Source of the DNA: Octopus vulgaris
Lineage: Eukaryota
Length of the DNA: 64,000 nt
NCBI GenBank assembly: GCA_951406725.2
Contig: OX597837.1
Location: forward strand, 46,128,001 to 46,192,000
Direction of reading: 5' to 3'
Shown: in pieces, positions 1 through 12,104 of the stretch
Numbering within the stretch: position 1 is the first letter of the stretch
Layout of the letters: each line of letters opens with the position of its first letter
Translations under genes and position numbers: made by a program
The notes under the pieces: model-generated
The model's database searches: none
What the model saw: only the letters and a program-made list of their open reading frames with translations
What the model was told of the DNA's origin: nothing

Positions 1-102
1 TTCAGTAGCCCTCAACACATATAGGCCTCTTGCCCCTATGATAATTACTGCCTTTACTCTGAAATTAGCATACCCAGGAGGTAGTTTCGACGTTTCTTTA
101 TA

Positions 103-327
103 GAGCTGGCAGAAGCTCTAGCACGCCGAGCGAAATGCGTAGCCGTATTTCGTCTGCCGCTACGTTCTGAGTTCAAATTCCGCCGAGGTCGACTTTGCCT
201 TTCATCCTTTCAGGGTCGATAAATTAAGTACCAGTTACGCACTGGGGTAGATGTAATCGACTTTATCCCTTTGTCTGTCCTTGTTTGTCCCCTCTATGTT
301 TAGCTCCTTGTGGGCAATAAAGAAATA
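103..327 (+). mobile_element. tRNA-derived SINE family A; other + copies about 15248, 15480, 19552, 24636, 25231, 25470, 36583, 36855, 46184, 52252, 59728; - copies about 14355, 18950-19325, 40690, 41515, 48905-49317
   Basis: A-box-like GAGCTGGCAGAA, B-box GAGTTCAAATTCC, central GACTTTGCCTTTCATCCTTTCGGGGTCGATAAA (Nin-domain-like, from memory), tail GGGCAATAAAGAAAT. Confidence 0.9.
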
Positions 328-349
328 TCTTTATACATGATGTGCTCAC

Positions 350-576
350 CTATTCCCATCCTCACCACCTGTACTGGAAACCTCTCTTCTGTACCAGAAT
401 CTTTCTTGGCATCTCTTCTTCAGTAGTCTTTCATCCACATGCTGCAGTTTGTATTCTTTGCAGCAAAATGTGATTGAAGAGTACCTATCAACTAATTGAC
501 TATTTTTATTTTTTTGGTTATCCAATTTAATATTAACAATGCTTGCATTGCACTCAACTATTTTTACTATCTTCAT
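350..576 (-). CDS. Candidate coding exon of an unidentified minus-strand gene leaving the window to the left
   Basis: 76-codon non-repetitive ORF with TAA immediately before the ATG, ending at a consensus donor AG|GTGAG (349); no recognised homology. Confidence 0.3.
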
Positions 577-744
577 TTACTAATCTTTGTATAGCAATCA
601 CTTCAGGTAGATGCATCTTATGTAACATGAATAAATGATAGATTAAATATGAAGACGATTGTTATGACATGTCTTTTGGCTCATCATAGAACCCTTTTTT
701 TCAGATGCAGAATCCCATCCCCTTTCTTCCTGCTCCCTCCCTCC

Positions 745-1450
745 TCCACCTTCACATCCTTAAAGTAGGCACAATGACAGGTAGGCCTGGTGAGATTGTC
801 AAGATGCTTGAACGGAGACATATCAGTGTGTGCTGCATTTGAGAAGATGGAGGGAGTGCTTCAACCAGTTTCCTCACTGGCAAAAATCATGAGCATAAAA
901 TCTTCTGGGAAGGCAACAGTGACAGGGTAGGTGGAGTGAGCATACTCCTAGTTGAGAAATGAGTGTATAAGGTGATTGGGGTTGTCAGAGTGTGCAATAG
1001 GGTACTTAAGCTTAGACTGGTTTTGCAAAATAGTACAGCGACAATTATCTCTGCCAAATGAACAAAAGGATCGTTTTTATGGTATTTTTTTGTAGACTAC
1101 CTCAAAGACAAATCACAGTGACCTTCTCTTCGCAGCTGGTGACTTCAGTTGACATGTTGGGCAGCAACCAGGTGTTTTCTGCGGTGTGCATGGTGGCCAT
1201 AAAGTTGATTCCTATAAAGGGAACAAGGCTTCTAGTGATCTGAAACACCAATCAAATAACTTAATGATCTGTAATGACCAAGAAGCCTGCTAGTCACCAG
1301 AGACAGCCTATCAAATCTGGTAGCCATGCAAGCCAGATTGGCTGCATCCTCACTAGAAAGCAAGATACATGGTTGCTCAAAAATGCAAAGATCTTCTCTG
1401 ATGAAGAATATACCCCTCAGCATACGTTAATTATTAGCGACTTCAGATTA
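745..1450 (+). mobile_element. Degraded RTE-clade LINE, AP-endonuclease region
   Basis: Frameshifted translation gives LKVGTMTGRPGEIVKMLERR, GDF.(G)HVG, SQI..ILTRKQD and PQH.LIISDF, typical APE motifs. Confidence 0.85.
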
Positions 1451-1455
1451 CAGGC

Positions 1456-1489
<34 letters not shown>

Positions 1490-1492
<3 letters not shown>

Positions 1493-1862
1493 TACTGGAT
1501 TTACTTCAGGAATCCCTTATGTCCATTATATATATAACGTATAAGAAAAAGAGAAAATGGAATTGATGAGATGCTTTATTAATCACTATGATCGTTTCAA
1601 CTTATTGTGCATTGGTCCCTCACAGGTGAAATTCTGTACAACTTGTGTTGCATTTTCTAATCACTATGCTTGTTTCAACCCATCTGCACCAAATGATGCA
1701 ACTCAACCAGTTGTACAGAATCTCACCTGTAAGGGACCAATGCAGTGGGTCGAAACAGTCGTAGTGATTAATACAAAAATCTCATGAATTCCATTTTCTC
1801 TTTCTCTCCTATGTTATATATTTGACGGAGACAAAGGAGTTTTTGAAGTAAATCCAGTGGTG
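1490..1862. mobile_element. Foldback / long-TIR non-autonomous element
   Basis: Imperfect inverted arms of about 160 bp (CACTACTGGATTTACTTCA ... TGAAGTAAATCCAGTGGTG; GCATTGGTCCCTCACAGGTGAAATTCTGTACAACT ... AGTTGTACAGAATCTCACCTGTAAGGGACCAATGC). Confidence 0.7.
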
Positions 1863-2426
1863 CGTATATCCATACTGTTTGATATCAGGTAGACCGAAGA
1901 CAGTGAATGTACTTTTAACAACATACTACAAGATAATACCTATATATATATATATATACATATATACATACACACACCCATACACACACTCTCGTAATGA
2001 TGTGCTGTACAGTGGGATTGAACAAGAAACCTTAGGGTTGGAAAGTGAGTTTCTTAACCACACAGTCATATCTCTGCCTGCTTTGGGTAAAAATAGATTT
2101 CAAATTAATTTCATTCATACTTATTTAAGTTAATCATATTTCACAATTATGTAATTATACATTTGCTGGTGTTTATCTTAATGAAACAGCTGTTGAGCAT
2201 AATTAAAGTATGACTTGTGTGTAAAAAGGTTTACTTTTATAATAAATTGCCCTTGAAGAGTTTTTTAGCTTATTAGGTAATACATGGAAATCAGTCCCAC
2301 TTGAATTTAATGCAATGTAATAGATTGGATTTTAATGATGTGTCATTAATTGAAATCTTAATAGTTGTGGATTTATTCTATGTTTATACATGTATGCATA
2401 TATGTATGTATATATGTATATATATG

Positions 2427-2473
<47 letters not shown>

Positions 2474-2924
2474 GTATACATACATGTATGTATATGTGTG
2501 TGTGCATGTGCCCAAAACGGAATTAGGAATTCCTTTTATTAGAGAGTCCAGAATCTTGCTAGTAATACCTGTGGTCATATTTCACTGGAGACAGAGGGAG
2601 CAGAAGATCACTGCTGTTTGCTTACCTTGAAATGTGAGCCTCTCTCTCTCTTACTGTGTTGAAATTTCATTTTGGATGTGTTTGCAAGGGCAGCTGTGCT
2701 GTTGGTTGACCTAATTATGCGGTACATTTGTCATAAAACACTTAAAACAAAAGCAGGTTAGGTATTCATCTGAAGGCCTCTTGAAGAACTGCTATCATAT
2801 CTGTCTGGCATGAGACAGCATTTATATTTGAAACCTAGTTAATGGTCGCCACACATGCACGCACACACACTGAGGGAATATGCACTTATGCATACGGTTG
2901 TATATGTGTGTGTATACATGTATA

Positions 2925-3148
2925 TGGAAGAGGGTGCTTAAAAGTTTCTGACTTTGGGTAAAAGCAAGTACAGGAGGATCAGTTAATTGTGATTTTATTC
3001 AACATATCCCCTTCTCAGATTCACACACTTATTGTAGCGGCCCTTCAGTTTTTCTAAGGCCTGTAAAAGAACTCGGAAGTTTGGACTTTCAACTAGGCCT
3101 TTTATGATACCCTGAAAGCCAGGTACTTTTCAGGCCCCTTTCTGTGTA
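2925..3148 (-). mobile_element. Mariner-derived MITE
   Basis: Degenerate TIRs GAGGGTGCTTAAAAGTTTCTGACT / AGCCAGGTACTTTTCAGGCCCCT; interior encodes a mariner C-terminus LEKLKGRYNKCVNLRRGYVE* on minus. Confidence 0.7.
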
Positions 3149-3999
3149 TATATTATTTTACTCTTTTATTTGTTTCAGTCATTTGACTGCGGCCATGCTG
3201 GAGCACCGCATTTAGTCAAGCAAATTGACCCCAGGACTGAAATTGTTGCTTTATGTAGCAAGGGGCCCGTGTCCAGAAAGATATCCCAGTTAAAGCTTCG
3301 TCCTGATTTTCATCAGACGAGTGACTACAAATAATTTAGTAAATCAAGCCGATGTCATGCTAGGACTCTTTAAATTGGTGATGTGATGATTCATTGTCTT
3401 CGTGTTGCATCATACATTTTGCATTTAGCCATGTCAGAGAAGCACAGTTGCCATCTGTCAGCATGAAGTAATAATGTAGTCCTGAACACAGAAAAAAAAG
3501 AACAAATGGAGTGTCAAGGCTGAATATCTTTGACTGCCATGGGTGGACTTCATTAGTCTCTATGCTCAACAACTACAACAACAACAACAAAAATCGGTCT
3601 TCTCCCCTTCTCCGCCACCTTTGTAGAATCAATTTCAGCTCTTGCTTGGAATCCACTTCTTTTTCAATTAAAATATATCAATACCTCAACATTGTGTTTT
3701 CATCATTTTCCCTCAGAAAATTAACCAAATCTTGGTTTGTATGCCACTGGATAAATGGACACGCTAATTATCATGTGAATTTTAACTAATTACTAGACTA
3801 ATATTATTGGTAGAGATGGTGGATTAGCAGAAACGATATTGCATGCCTCCTTTTTTTTCCTAGACGTGGCTGTGTGGTAAGAAGCTTACTTCCCAACCAC
3901 ATGGTTCAGGGTTCAGTCTCACTGCGTGGCAGTTTGGGCAAATGTCTTCTTCTATAGCCCTGGGCCTGGCAGTGTCTTCCTGCAACCCAGATCATGCAG

Positions 4000-4520
4000 A
4001 ATGCACCTCAAGGCCTCAAATTTCTGCAGTAATGGCTCAAAGGAACAAAACGTACAGAAGGGAGGAGAGGGGGCATCCTTGGCAGACTGATCTTAGGATG
4101 CAGGACGGTTCTCAAAGATGACCACTCACCTGAACTACCGACTGAATGTTGCTGTATAAGGTGGTGATCCAACCACGGAAATCTGGGCCAAACCTGGCCA
4201 CTTCGAAGACTGCCACCAGATAGCGATGTTCAACCCTATCAAATGCTTTTAACTGATCTAAATGTATCAGTGCCCCTCCCATTGTTAATCACCTTGTTTA
4301 TGGTGTGCCATATGAGGTGGAGGTTGTCGTTGATTGTTCTGGATGGGATGGCACATGCTTGTGCATCCCCACCCAGTCTATTTATGACAAGTGCCTCTCT
4401 TGACTAGCTCCTTGGCCAAAATCTTCAGCTCCACATTGGGCAGTGATGGGCCTGCAGTTCTCTATTATGTGCCCCTTGTTTTAGTCCTTCCTTAGCAGCA
4501 CAACGGTCCCCTTGTCACGC
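4000..4520 (-). mobile_element. Degraded L1/Tx1-clade LINE reverse-transcriptase fragment
   Basis: Minus translation: NCRPIT..NVELKILAK, AQACAIPSRTINDNLHL, LIHLDQLKAFDRVEH, SVCQGCPLSSLLY. Confidence 0.8.
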
Positions 4521-4537
4521 AAGATGCCTCTGAAGAA

Positions 4538-4543
4538 TGTATG

Positions 4544-4594
<51 letters not shown>

Positions 4595-4600
4595 GTGTGT

Positions 4601-4673
<73 letters not shown>

Positions 4674-5477
4674 ATGTATATATGTATACATGTATATATG
4701 TTTATGCATACATGTGTATATATATGTATATAGGTGCATATATATGTATATAGGTGTATATATATGTATATAGGTGTATATATGTGTATATATATATGTG
4801 TATTATATATGTGTATGTATATATGTGTATATGTATATGTATATATGTGTATGTATATATGTGTATATATATATGTATATATGTGTATATATATATATGT
4901 ATGTATATATGTGTATATATATATGTATATATGTGTATGTATATATGTGTATATATATATATGTGTGTGTATATATGTGTGTATATATATATGTGTGTAT
5001 ATATGTGTGTATATATATATGTGTGTATATATGTGTGTATATATGTGTGTATATATATGTATATATGTGTATGTATGTGTATATATATATGTATATGTGT
5101 GTGTATATATATGTATATATGTGTGTATATATATGTGTGTATATATTTATATGTATATATATGTGTGTATATATATATGTGTGTATATATATGTGTATGT
5201 ATATATATATATGTATATATGTGTATGTATATATATATATGTATATAAGTGTATGTATATATATATATATATAAGTGTATGTATATATATATATGTATAT
5301 ATGTGTGTGTATATATATATATATGTATATATGTGTGTGTATATATATATATATGTATATATGTGTGTGTATATATATATATGTATATATGTGTGTGTAT
5401 ATATATATATGTATATATATGTGTGTATATATATATATATGTATATATGTGTGTGTGTATATATATATATGTATATA

Positions 5478-5516
<39 letters not shown>

Positions 5517-5589
5517 ATATATATATATGTATATATGTGTGTGTGTATATATATATATATGTATATATGTGTGTGTGTATATATATATA

Positions 5590-5634
<45 letters not shown>

Positions 5635-5770
5635 ATATATGTGTGTCTATATATATATATATACATACACGTACATATATATATATATATATGTATATGT
5701 ATGTTCGTGTATGTATATATATATATATAGACACACACATACACATATACATAAATATGTGTGTGTGTGT
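4538..5770. repeat. About 1.2-kb compound (TA)n/(TG)n microsatellite
   Basis: Near-continuous alternating purine-pyrimidine sequence; source of the long Y/I/C/V ORFs. Confidence 0.97.
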
Positions 5771-5780
5771 GGCCATTTAC

Positions 5781-6110
5781 ATGTCCTTCTATCTCCCCCC
5801 AAAGGCCGTTCCGTTCTCCGCCGGTTACTAAAATTCGAAACTAAAGCTGTCTCCGCTATTTCCATCAACATTTTCGAAAATACAACAACGTCCTTTTCTC
5901 ATATCTTCTCAAATCGCTTATCCCACCCCCTAATCTCTCTCTCTCTCTCTCTCTTTCCCTCCCTCGCTCAATCTCTCACTCTTCTCCTCTCTTATTCTCT
6001 CTCTCAGTCACTCTCACCGCTTCTCCTCCCTCCTTCCTTCCTTCCTTCTCCTTCCTCGTTCATTCATTCTCTTTGCTGTGTCTGTGCGTCGGGATATTAT
6101 ATACTGTAAG
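5781..6110. promoter_or_regulatory. Candidate bidirectional promoter / first-exon region
   Basis: CpG-enriched unique sequence between microsatellites; plus-strand donor CT|GTAAGT at 6106 and minus-strand donor GTAAAT at 5780. Confidence 0.4.
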
Positions 6111-6180
6111 TAGCAGAACATGATTTTACTCCGTCTCTCTTTTTATTACACCCTTTATACATACATGCACACATATATAT

Positions 6181-6229
<49 letters not shown>

Positions 6230-6269
6230 TATAGATAGATAAATATGGTACTAGAGACGAAAGATCGCC

Positions 6270-6302
<33 letters not shown>

Positions 6303-7879
6303 TATATATATATATGTATATATACACACATATAGATAGATAGATATAGCTATACATGTAATATATATCTCTATATATGTGCATGCAGTGTGTATTGTTA
6401 GTGGTCAAGCCCCGCTTTGACGTTCCACCTTTGACCATCCAGTCTTTTTGTACATCCAGGGCTACATTATTCAATGTGCATTTGTTTTATTCTTTTAAAA
6501 AAAAGTAATGATAGGGTGTGGTTGATAGAGATTTGACTGCTATTTCTAAAAGGTCGCGCCACCATGTAAGAGGGTTCCCTCCTTTTTGGCTTAACGTGTA
6601 CGTTTCTGTATTGGTGTTATGTCAGCTATTTTCTTCTCCATCGCATCTGTTGTAGGAATTAGTGGTAAAATGGTTTTGTTTGGTGCTTGTTTAATGAAAC
6701 CTTGTTTATAATATAAGTAGAGTATGATTTTTGAAAGAGGTTTTGCTGCTATTTCTTGCAAGTCTTGTGACCACTTAAAAACCTTCCTGGTTGTGTCGAT
6801 GGGGGAAATTTTTATTGATGGCTGGGGGTAATAATATATGGGAGCAGATTTCGAATAACCTGAATGTTTGTGGGTTTGTGGTGCAATACCGAAGTAAAAA
6901 TTAAAAAATTTGCCCGTTTTCTTTTCTATTTTACTGTTTTGTCTCTGTGCAAATTCTGCGACCCTCTTGTCTGATTTTGGCCATTTCAAAATTTGCCATT
7001 TGAATTATCGATATTAACAAGAAAAGAAAAAGGAAATACGGAAAGAAAGGTTTCATGAGAAATACAATTTAACAGGTTTACATCGAAGATATTTAATTAA
7101 CAGAACACCATTCCCTTGGTGGTCGTGGTTCTGGCTTGGCGACCTCCTTTCATTCGCTTCTCAAGTTCTGCCTTTTTTCTTTTCCTATTTGTTCACTTTG
7201 CTGTTTTATATTATTACTAATGGGTTGTAAGTTGTTTAACCTCGGCACTGACCTATGATCGCATGCATTTCACTTGTAACTATTTGAATGCAATGCTTCA
7301 ATGTCTTGTGACAAACTAAGACAGACCAATGAACATATTGTGGATTTATCTGAAACAGAGAACTACATTATATAATATAAGTCGGTGCTTTTTTTTTTAA
7401 GACACGGGTATTAAAGAGTTGGAACGGATGAAACGATTTACAATCTTTTTCGATCCACACTACACAAGATGGGCCTTCTTAAAAGCTTTATTAAAATAGT
7501 ATTATACAGTTTTAAAAGAGAGATGTGTGTGCACGCATTGGCCTTTACTACAAAGGAATCCATATGCACCGGTGTGATGCATTAAAAACCACTGAAGTCT
7601 CGTTTTATTCAAGGCCTGGAGCTGGAAACCAACATAAATTTGCTATGAATGTCACAAGATAATAAATACAAAGACCCAGTCTTCAGTGATGTCTATCTTG
7701 ATAAAGATTTTCAACATTCAATGCAAGGCGAGGCCAGATATTATGCGGAATACTTTTAGTGGGAATAAATCGGATCGGGCCAAGTACATGCATTGTACTT
7801 TGCTTTTCTCCACTACAGGAAGTGATGTAAAAGCAAAGTTGACCTCGGCAGGATTTGAACTCGGAACGTTAAACGTTAA

Positions 7880-8070
7880 ATGGATTGGTGAAAGGAAAGG
7901 AAGGAAGGCAGGGAGGGAGGAGGAGGGGTTTATCCTCAAACCGGAGACTGGTCCTATTTATTGTAGCGGAGTGAACTCCCTTAAAAGGGTCCCCCGGTGA
8001 TCGCGCGTGCGCGTGGTGATAATTGATCGTGATTAATCAAGATACTTCCAGAGGTATCCTGGTAATTGCA
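7880..8070 (+). promoter_or_regulatory. Second candidate promoter or 5' UTR exon for NPEPL1
   Basis: Reverse CCAAT (ATTGG), purine-rich tract, CpG run ATCGCGCGTGCGCGTG, possible donors GAG|GTATCC and CTG|GTAATT near 8054-8062. Confidence 0.35.
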
Positions 8071-8914
8071 TCTAATATCGTCAGCTGACTTGAAAGGTGC
8101 TCATTAGAATTCATCACTTAATTTCGACACATATATATATATTTCTACGTTTCTTTAAATATTTTAACCGTTTTTTTTTTAATTATAGAATATGTTATTT
8201 TAATCAATTATATAATATTCTCTTCACTATAATACTATTTAATTACCTTTCATTTATCGCATCATCACTTTTTTTTTATTTTCTCCTATCATCACCGACG
8301 TCTGAAATATTTGGTCAGATGAGATGACGAATGGATTTAGCCTCAATTCAACTCTGCCGAGCAAACTTGTAATTGAATGCATTTCAACTGCGACTTACTC
8401 CGGCATTTTCGGAACGCATCCAGTACTATATTATAGGATATAGTATTTCCCCACCAATATATATATATTTGTGTGTGTGTGTATTCAGTTACGAATTAAA
8501 AAGCAGCACTTTTGTTGTAGGCATTATCGACTGCTCATAATCAATGTATAGGTTTACCTGTTCGCCGGTTTGCTGCCGGCTGGCGCTCTGGGGGATGCCT
8601 CCCTCATAGCAGTGGGTGTTAAAATACCTAAAAGTCACAGGTAGACGAGACAACTCGCCCCCAACCCCGTCCTGGAGTGAGTGATATTGATATTTCGCCT
8701 GTTTTGTGGATTTTCATCATTACGTACCTGAATCGCGTCTATAACCATAAACAAAGAGACACACATATAATATATATGAAGTAAGGAATGGTTTGTGATT
8801 TGAGGAAGATCTGGTATGTTCTGTATAAGATGCTGGATGACCACTTCCGGGCATCTCTGGTTTAAGGATGCACCAACACCCCAACTGCTCAGTGTCTCTT
8901 AGTCTTTCGTTTTT

Positions 8915-9495
8915 AGTCAAAGCACTTGATAGTTTCTGCTATTTAGATGACCAAACTAGTAATGGCAGTGGATGCTCTGAAAGTATTGTTTCTAGAATAA
9001 GAATAGGGTGGAGGAAGTTCAGAGAACTACTACCTCTGTTGGCAGCAAAAGGACCCTCTCTCATCGTGAAAGGTAGATTGTATGATGCTTGTGTGAGAAC
9101 GGCTATGTTACATGGTAGTGAGATATGGGCTCTGACTGCGGATAGCATGCATAGGCTGGAGGGGAATGAAGGTAGGATGCTCTGTTGGGTTTGCAACATC
9201 AGTGTGCATGGCCGACCAAGCACAACTGTGTTAAGAGAAAGGTTAGGAATAAGAAGAAGGATTAAATGTGGTCTGCAGGAGAGGAGAATGCATTGGTTTG
9301 GACATGTGATGTGTATGAGTGAAGACAGCTGTGTATAGAAGTGTCTGTCACTGAAAGTGGACGGTACCTGTGGAAGGGGGGGGGCAGGAAGACATGGGAT
9401 GAAGTGGTGAGGACTGATCTTGGGATATTGGGGGCTCACAGAGGAAACGACAGTAGACCAAGATGTTTGGTAATATGAGGTCCTAGAAAAGACCT
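8915..9495 (+). mobile_element. RTE-clade LINE 3' fragment (RT C-terminal region)
   Basis: ORF 8868-9338: FCYLDD..GCSESIVSRIRIGWRKFRELLPLL..KGRLYDACVRTAMLHGSEIW..WFGHVM, continuing to G.CGRG..KTWDEVV. Confidence 0.88.
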
Positions 9496-11070
9496 GTCCA
9501 CGAAACAGTCACATCAGTGTGTGGGTCATTTCCTGGCCAGTTAAGAACCACAGATCTATAGCAACTGGGATGAAATTTTGAAACTTCCACCACTGATGTC
9601 TCTTTTGACAATGGCCCAAGAGTGGTTAACTTCTTGGGACCGTACTCTAGACTTTAGGATGCAGCTATTTTCTCCAAACTATAAACCCTAAATCCATTCT
9701 AAATAATCTAGTGAAAATACACACACACACACACATATTTATCATTGTCATCATCATCCATTAATGTTTGCCATGCTGGCATGCGTTGGACAGTTTGACT
9801 AGAGTTGGTAAACCAGATAGTTGCACGAGGTTCTGGCCTTATTTGGCTTGGTTTCTACATCTGGATGCCCTTCCTAATGCCAACCACTTTACAGTGTGTA
9901 TTGAGTGCTTTTAGTGTGGAACCAGCATGAGCAGTATTACATGGTGCCAGCACAAGACTTTTTGCAGGCCAATCTTTTTCACCAGTGGAGAGTGACCTTA
10001 ACAGTTCTGCTGTAGAGGTTGTGTCTTCTTCACAATTCCAATGAATTCAGAGATTAGGACATCTGCATATTTCTTATCTCTGTAGTCAGTTTGTACAACA
10101 AAGCGTTTGGTTTAAATGTGTCAGACGCATGTTTCTGCTGCATAGACAACCAGCAATTGCATTTACATCCAGTTACTTTCGACTGATTATTAGTCTATGC
10201 AACTTTATTTAAGGTCCGTCCACAGATGTGGTTTGAAGCAAAAATTGTTATTTTGTTAGGTTACCATAGTTTTTGAGTGCAAAGAATGTGAAAGGAAGAG
10301 TTGGAAACCTAATATGGCTACAAAGACTGCTGTGAGGTTGACCTTATCCTGACCTAGGTTTAACATTGGAATTGAGGATACTAGACCTTTAAATTGGGTC
10401 AAAGTACATTTTTTAAAACCCAAGCCAAAAGTTGATTATGAATTAGAGGGAGCAACCCATTGGATGAAATAGAGTGGGATTGCTTACCTTAAGTAATACC
10501 AGGTGCTTCTCACAACTCAATGCAGTTAGCCATATCCCAGTTTATAACTGGGTCTTCATACAGTACCCACCTGGATACATTATCCCTATCTATTCATTAT
10601 CTGTATATATTTGTACATATACTTTCATTATGTATGATCACAATTGTCCCACAAATGGTAACGTGAAACTCTGAGTAACAGTTTGTGAAGATGTTTTTTC
10701 AGCTTTAATATAAGCATATTACTCTACCTTCGGTATTCGAGTACTAATTTTTTGCTGTCTTGTTTTGCATTTATGTGCTTTCCTGTGTGTGTGTATAGTT
10801 GAAAAATATCGTTATTGGTATAAATACACCATAAACAATTATAGAAAAATGGAGAAGAAAAAGATGTTGCATCATCTTTTCCTCGTCCATTTTTCTATAA
10901 TTGTTTGTGTATTTATACCTATAATGATATTTTTCAACTATCTTCATATTCTTACTACTTGCTCTGGCTGTTTTTTTATGAATATGGTGAATCTTTATTA
11001 GAAATCATTCTTTCTCTCTTTTGGGACCCTCTCAAAAAGTTTGAATAGTTCTCTTTTGAACTTATTTTTT

Positions 11071-11115
<45 letters not shown>

Positions 11116-12020
11116 AATTAGGGTATCTACAAGATACCACCATGCTGAAAATAGCAGCCATGATCTGACTCTAAAACCACCTTAATTTTCCATATATCAA
11201 CACAGTATCTCGTAGATACCCTAATTTATAATTTTAATAATTATTACCTTTGAAGGTTATTTTTTTCCATGCTGACCACTTGATAAAATCGTTATTTTAT
11301 TTTTAAATTAGCGATCTTATCCTTATATATATATATATATATTATTAGTGAATTGACCCGCTGCCTGACCCGTTAAAATCTTCAACACACCCACCACCCG
11401 TTTTCAACATACATTGATAAACAGTTTGGCCATGGGCTCTTAGGAGCCTCGTTCGATTTGTTTTGCTCCGCCTTTGTTCTGTGTTTGTTTTTTCCAACGG
11501 ATTTCCTATTTCTTCCTGAAGAGAAAGACACAATATGGTCTCCTTATTCAATCGGAATTTGGTAAATTGTGCCTTTCGAAACACGTGTAGAATGCAATAA
11601 AACGATTTCTGTTCAATCTTCGTTCAACTCCATTTCTTCAATTCACTAATAATATTAAAATTCAATTATCCGCACCAACGCACGGTTGCAACACCATATG
11701 ATTGTACCTCCAACCGTGCTGTCTTCTGCTGTGATTTTTGCTACCAAGGTATCGGTTAAACTTTTGATTAATCTGCAACAAGATTATTCATCTTTCTATT
11801 TCACAAAATATATATATATATATCTTTGTGTTTGATAATTGATGTTGGTGTGTTTACATATCCGTAACTTAGTAGTTTGGCAAATGGCGTTAGGAAGGGC
11901 ATCCAGCCGTAGAAACACTGCCAAATCTGACTGGGCCTGATGAAGCCTTCCGGCTTCACAGACCCCAGTTAAACCGTCCAACCCATGCTAGCATGGAAAA
12001 CGGACGCTAAATGATGATGA

Positions 12021-12104
<84 letters not shown>

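Noticed and set aside
103-200. tRNA-like A/B boxes here and at many other sites
   Set aside because: No complete cloverleaf; each continues into a shared SINE body.
3290-3325. Minus-strand CTGATGA followed by a stem, a possible hammerhead
   Set aside because: No GAAA core after a closed stem II and no stems I/III; only a short CTGAT-GAAA-ATCAG hairpin.
4512-6474. Longest ORFs in the track (up to 365 aa, Y/I/C/V/H/T-rich)
   Set aside because: Translations of (TA)/(TG) microsatellite, which lacks stop codons by composition.
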